From assembly GCF_001194135.2 (NCBI RefSeq), contig NC_068987.1, positions 23,578,369-23,620,303 on the forward strand: 41,935 nt of DNA, given 5' to 3'. Below the pieces are notes generated by a model. It did no database searches, was not told the origin of the DNA, and saw nothing but the letters and a program-made list of their open reading frames with translations. The stretch comes from Octopus bimaculoides (taxonomy: Eukaryota). A program made the position numbers and the translations under genes. Every line of letters begins with the position of its first letter. Position 1 is the first letter of the stretch. Of the stretch, positions 35,630 through 41,935 are shown one piece after another.

Positions 35630-36030
35630 TCATCAGTCTGTTGAGGTTCCTTCATCACTGTCTGTGACCTTATCAATGACTATGTTCACCTCTCTCTTCT
35701 CAACATTTATTGCATGTTTATCTCTTCATCTTACATGACTTCAATCTATTTCTAAATGTTGAATCCATTTCTTAGCTTATTTATGTAATGATGGTGGTCT
35801 CTCTTTTATCTCTTAATCTCCAAATATATTTAGAAAATGCTGTGACATTCTCCAGCTGCCAATGATGGAATGAATCATTGTTGCACTGGAACAAGTGACT
35901 TCTGAATGAATATTCTGCTAAACCTATATAGCCTGTCAATGTATTATTAGTGGAAACATCAGCATGGCTCATTTGTTGTAAACACCAATGAATATTTCAT
36001 AAATTTGATGCCAACATCTTCCATTCTCTG
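35630..36030 (-). mobile_element. Penelope-like element 3' fragment (GIY-YIG nuclease)
   Basis: ORF 35781..35972 reads ADVSTNNTLTGYIGLAEYSFRSH...FSKYIWRLRDK, the Neptune-type YIG...FK.R..NH...LSKYIW.LK pattern. Confidence 0.7.
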
Positions 36031-36064
36031 ATTGTGTGCAATATCTTTTATCGTTGCGATGTTA

Positions 36065-36495
36065 TTGTTATTGTTATTATTATTATTACATATACGCACA
36101 ACAGTTTAGACTGCTGGAAAAAAAATTCTTAACATCGGGCTGCAACAAGTAAGCTCAGATGACAAGAACCTTCCAAAGTATTCTAGTTGTCCGTAATAAT
36201 ACTGTTTCCTGGAGTTGCACTAAACTAGGTTTAATACCTATTTTCTCTATCCAGCTGTTCAAATTTTTAAGGATAGTTCCTAATGCACCTATGACTACAG
36301 GGTTACATTTTAACCGCACTTTCCATAACCTCTGTAACTCAATGTCTAGGTCCTGGTACTTTGCTATTTTCTCTATACCTCTCATATTGACTTTCTCATC
36401 ATTTGGGACTGTAAAGTCAATCACTGGGCACTTTCTATTCTCTTTGTCTACTACTACTAAATCAGGCCTTTTAGCTTCTATTAGTCTGTAAGTTT
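36065..36495 (-). mobile_element. 3' end of a non-LTR retrotransposon with a restriction-like endonuclease (R4/Dong-like) and (TAA)n tail
   Basis: KRPDLVVVDKE-type PD motif, IDFTVP..EKIAKYQDL..ELQRLWK...PVVIGALG. It ends in TAA/CAA repeats. Confidence 0.85.
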
Positions 36496-36499
36496 GAAT

Positions 36500-36960
36500 G
36501 CCATCAAAGTGACACTGGAATAAAATACATGAAGCCCAGTATACCCATCATGACTACCTGTTTGATAAGGACACACCAGGCACATGCATCACAGCCAAAT
36601 GTGTGTGACATGCTGATCTCGTATCAAGATAAACAGTGCATGACCTTGCAGGTGGGACCCAGTTAGACTTTTCTTCAGGTCAAAGAGCCCATCCCGCTCA
36701 AATGGTCCTTGAACAAGGATTGTTTAAGGATGTTGAACAAAACAGATACATTTATATCGATTGGGACAGTCACATCAATGAGGAGGCATGATTTTTGTCT
36801 GAAGTCTTTCAATATAATGTCTGGCCTATTTGCATCTATCTTTCTGTCAGTTTGAATGGTGAAGTTCCAGAGGAGTGACATGTGACCATTTTCAAGCACT
36901 GGAGGTGGTTTGTGTTCCCACCAGTTTTTATCATGGAGCAAGTCCAGGTTTTTGCAAATT
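36500..36960 (-). mobile_element. Second, different R4/Dong-like RLE fragment plus a probable 3' UTR
   Basis: WWEHKPPPVLEN...LLWNFTIQTDRKIDANRPDIILKD...LIDVTVP. It abuts a long (TAA)n tract at 36960-37040. Confidence 0.8.
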
Positions 36961-36964
36961 ATTA

Positions 36965-37041
<77 letters not shown>

Positions 37042-37470
37042 TTTGTCTAAGGGATAATTACAAGTATGAAGAAAACTCTAATTATAAGGAAATCATCAGC
37101 TTTGAACGGATAGAGTCTGCTACATGTACCAAGTACTTTTCTTTAGTTTGTATATCCGACTGTGTGAATATAAACTTTGTGATGATTATAAAATTTTGGC
37201 TCATATGTAAGAATATTCAATTTTCCCAATTGTAGATATTGTTGAAAAACGTACATGATGAAAGTTGTTTATAAGAGAATGAGGATGTAAATAAAAAATG
37301 TCAAATAACAAGAAAATAAGAAAATTATATTTATCACTCCACAGATATTTTATTGATTTGATTATTTTGACATGTACAATACGTTTTAGTCAATGATTCA
37401 CTTGTTATTCTATGTTATGTTATTTTCTATTATAAATGTTTAACCTAATTTGGCAAATTTTGTACATGTA

Positions 37471-38277
37471 TATGAGGTAGTATAGTCACTTTGCACAACA
37501 ATACACCAGTCCTACCACTTTTGAAGACTGGCCGGGAAGTTGTTTTTTGTGAGGAGGTCTGCAATTTGCTCTGGATCTCAACAACAGTGTTAAAACATCA
37601 ACCTTTGAGCTGCATTTTCATCTTGGGGAAGAGATGGAAGTCTGCGGGTGCTAAATCTGGTGAATAGGGTGAGTGTAGAAGCGATACCATGTTATTTTTG
37701 GTGAGAAATTCACAACTTAGGAGAGCTTGGTGACAGGGTGCATTGTTCTCATGAAGAACCCAATTCTTCACACTCCACAGATCCAATTGCTTTCACCAAA
37801 TGTCATCCTTCAAACACTTCAAAACATCACAGTAGAACTCTCAATGGATAGTCTGGCCATGGGGGATGAATTCTTGATGCACAATACCACATTTCTGGGG
37901 GTGACACTCGTGGCAGGTCTTCCAGTGATGTTCATCCACTTTTGAAGTGACCGTGTCACTTGAAACATTATGTATGACCCATTGCCTCATTGCCTTAAGC
38001 TTTCCAAAGCATGCTCAGCAATAGACTTTCCATGTTTAATACAAAATTTTATGTTGGCTCTTTGTTCCAACTTTTGTCCAAAACAAGATCACAGACTACA
38101 GCATACATGTGATCACAAAAACTCAAATTTCACAACTTGCAAAGTAAACACAGTAATGTCACTTGGCACACTCTCTCGTGAAGGTCACTGCTAGCTCTCA
38201 CTGTGCATGCAACCGTGTACTACTATTTGTTGGCACACTACAGAACTAATCCAGAAACTTATTGATACCACCTTGTA
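37471..38277 (-). mobile_element. Internally deleted mariner transposon
   Basis: LHENNAPCH and HSPYSPDLAPADFHLFPKMK motifs. The ends TATGAGGTAGTAT (37471) and ATACCACCTTGTA (38277) are imperfect TIRs. Confidence 0.85.
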
Positions 38278-39289
38278 TGTATTCAAAACTACCAAAACAT
38301 ATATGCACACTTACACATGGGTACATGATCTTACAAATGGGTTACATACATTTTCTGAAGGTTTCCATGGAACAACAGGTTTAATTTATGCAAAAGCTGT
38401 GCATTTACAGCATATTTAACATATTCCATGCAAAAACTGCAAATGTATATAGTAAGCATTATTATTCATATTCACTGCAGAAGTTCCTAAAAGACAATAT
38501 TTCTTGTACAGACATGAGAAGGCACCAACACATTTTGGCCTTCTCAATTTTTAGTCTGTAATTTCAAATTATTTCTGCTTTTTGTTCTGCTTAAATCAAG
38601 AAAGATATGCATGATACCTTTCAGTAAGTTGAATATAAAAGATAATAGTAGAATACTTGAAGTAGAATAACTAGTTGTGGAATAAGTGAAATACAAATAC
38701 ATCTGTTGTATGAAATATATATTGATGACACAGAGCATAATATTGATGAGATTTACCGGTGAGAAAAAAAGTGAAAATTAATTTGGTCATCAGAATTTAT
38801 AAACATAAAGACATTAGTTGAGCATTATGAGATGAAGATGACAGCAGAACGAGCTTTTGAATATAAAACTTTTTTTAAAATTACTTCAGTCTATGACAAA
38901 TAATTTAGAGCTCGTGCACAATGATTTAGAAAGTGAATCATAAAGTGGGACAAATTCAACAGCTCCAAATGGTTAAGTGTTACATGAAAGAAATATTAAA
39001 ATAGTTCTGCAAATTTATGTAGCATATTACATATATGTTGGTTTCAAATTTTGGTACAAGGCCAGCAATTTGGGGGCAGAGGATAAGTCAATTACATCAA
39101 CCCTAATGTTCAACTGGTGCTTATTTTATTCATCCTAATGGATGAAAGGCAAAGTCGACTCCAGCAGTATTTGAATTCAGAATTTATATAATTGGGAAAA
39201 TGCCACTAATCATTTTGCCCAACACAGTAATGATTCTTTCATATTATATGTATTGACAACAAATAAAAATGAATAATTTAGTGGGACAA

Positions 39290-39327
<38 letters not shown>

Positions 39328-39689
39328 TCACATTCAATCCATCTGAGCATAGGAATGCAGAAATATCCTTGGTTGTTGTAAAACCACCAGGAGTGAGGGA
39401 CTCCTAGCTGTTGTCATAGCATCCTTCAAGAAAAAGGACAACAGAAAAAGAATAAAGTTCACTCAGTGAAAGAGGAGCTTAGACTTGCAACATATATGAT
39501 GAGCTCACTTGTGCTGGTACCAAGGGGGGAAAATACTCAGTAGATTCTGTAAAGTGGTTGACATCCAACCATAGAAACCACATCAAAGGAGATGTTAGAG
39601 CACAAAACAGTCTTCAAACCTGTTGGATCCTGTCAAACTGTTTGAAGACAAATCAACATTGAAGACAGATAAAGAGGGTAATGATGATG

Positions 39690-39905
<216 letters not shown>

Positions 39906-40287
39906 TAGAGAGGAAGAAAGAGAGATTATGATGTAAATAAACAAGTAAAACTGTTAGATATACAAACCTTTCAGTAATGAATCTATAAACATTTGGAAAC
40001 ATACTGGAAACAGCTTATAAGCCAAATTTCCTCCAATAAAGAAAAAATATGTAATGACAGTTATTTATACCTTGTCTTGTATATCACTCTATGTAAAAAC
40101 CTGTATAACTGGAATGCAACCATGGATTTACAATATGGTATGGTGATGAACTATTACCTTGGACCCTGCCACAAGACTACTTGAAGTTCTTTACTAATCT
40201 AAACAATATTGGTAGCCTAGTGTGCTTACAGAGGAGCTTATGAAGTATTTTCCCCCGAATTGATAATCCGTCACTAATAACTCTGTT

Positions 40288-40368
<81 letters not shown>

Positions 40369-40670
40369 GTAGAAGGATTCCAACCACCCTACCAAGTGAA
40401 TTCACTGTGAGTTGTTGGCAGAGAGCATTTAACCCCATGTAACAGTGATAGTCGTGCATTATGCAAATACTTTCTTTACCTCTGTTTCGTTGAATTAGTT
40501 ATCCAACACTAGGATATAAAAATATATATCAGAGAAGAAACCTACCAAGAAATATGAAATTGGTGTGATTAGAACTCAGAGTACAAAGATTCACATCAAT
40601 ACTATCTGTCTGATGCTCTAAAAACTCCACCTATTTACCTATAAGCCTGCGTCTTTGTATGCATATATGC

Positions 40671-40703
<33 letters not shown>

Positions 40704-40717
40704 TGTATGTATGTATG

Positions 40718-40749
<32 letters not shown>

Positions 40750-41752
40750 TGTATGTGCTAAGTTTAAGCCATCCTGGCCCAGTTTAACATTACCCAGTCC
40801 TTATGTACCTTTAATGGAGACCATTCTGATATAAATGCTTGAGCTCGGTCATGGGCCTGAGTATAACTTCCTACCCCTGCCACTCCTGGATTCCTGGATA
40901 CCCCTCCTCCTCTGACCAGTCCATATAAGAATGTATGTATATTTATGTATAGATGTTTCTTCTATATGAAGGTGTGTATATGTTTTATGAATAGCAAATA
41001 ACGATAATGATGAACAACGATGTTAATGATGCATTGATGACACCATTGCAGCTGCTGCTGTTGTTGGTAGCGGTGATGATGATGATGATGATGTTGTTGA
41101 CAACAATTACAACAATGATGATGATGATGACAACGACAGTGATGGTGGTGGTGGTGGTGGTAGGGTGAGGGTGATAGTGATGCCTGGCTGATGGTGGGTG
41201 TAGTGATGTTGGGTATGGTAGCGAAGGTGTGGCCAGAGGTGATGATGATGATGGTGACAACAATGATGATGATGAGGAGGATGATGAGGATGACGACGAT
41301 GATGACGACGATGACGACGATGATGATAGTGTGATGTATGGATGACATGAGCTATTTATTCATAGCCAAAAATTATGGCTGACAAACATTGTACAATTAC
41401 ATCCTTGTTAAGCTTGTTGCAGTTGTTGTTGATCTTATTGTTGTTACTGTTGTTGTTATTGATGTTAGCATCTGTTGTTGTTGTTGTTGTTGTTGTTGTT
41501 ATCATAGTAGTTAATTGTTGTTGTTATTGTTTATTTGTTTGTTATGTTATTGCAGAGCTCTTAAAGATATTACTGGCCCAGGTAGGGTAAGGGTTAGGGT
41601 TAGATTCCGGTGGGGTGGGTGGTGGACTGTTGAGTGAGGGGTTCCTTCTTCCCAACCCTGTCCCCTTCTCTCACTTCACAACCTCAGTAATGACGTCAAT
41701 TCTCCTCCCGCTCCCCTTGTAACAGACATCCATTGTATAAGTACATCTCTTA

Positions 41753-41784
<32 letters not shown>

Positions 41785-41935
41785 CTCAGGTCCCACCCAC
41801 CTCTATCAGCAATCTTGGGGTGGAATATATTTTTGTCTTTAATCAAAGAAATTTTTATTCTTATTTCACCTATTTTAAAATTTTGGTGCTTCCATCTCCA
41901 CCTACACACTTCTAATGCCTCCTGTAGACGCCCCC

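Noticed and set aside
41585-41603. Telomere or interstitial telomeric array
   Set aside because: There are only two or three imperfect TTAGGG units.

Overview
AT-rich, microsatellite- and transposon-dense animal genomic DNA with N-gaps. The repeat families and scaffold style suggest a cephalopod, probably Octopus (inferred from recalled repeat consensus, no search run). One host gene runs across the window on the + strand. Eleven small GT-AG exons (130-34046) splice into a stop-free frame of about 425 codons of coiled-coil protein, tentatively the C-terminal half of a CCDC178-like protein. Its start is upstream of the window and its end is in or after the gap at 34047. The introns hold a decayed Ty3/Gypsy-type LTR element, a near-complete Neptune-type Penelope-like element (PLE) plus PLE fragments, three mariner relics, a maT/Tc1 fragment, two R4/Dong-like LINE ends, many tRNA-derived SINEs and several MITE-like fold-backs. 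The most unusual observations are: (1) the PLE GIY-YIG nuclease motif is split by an in-frame Asn/Ser/Thr-rich insert of about 175 codons; (2) four hammerhead-ribozyme-like motifs occur in three different architectures (an inverted pair, a tRNA-headed SINE, and a 351-bp 1.4-mer repeat); (3) a near-identical, acceptor-deleted copy of part of exon 4 sits 1.3 kb upstream of that exon. No CRISPR array, rRNA or intact tRNA gene was found.
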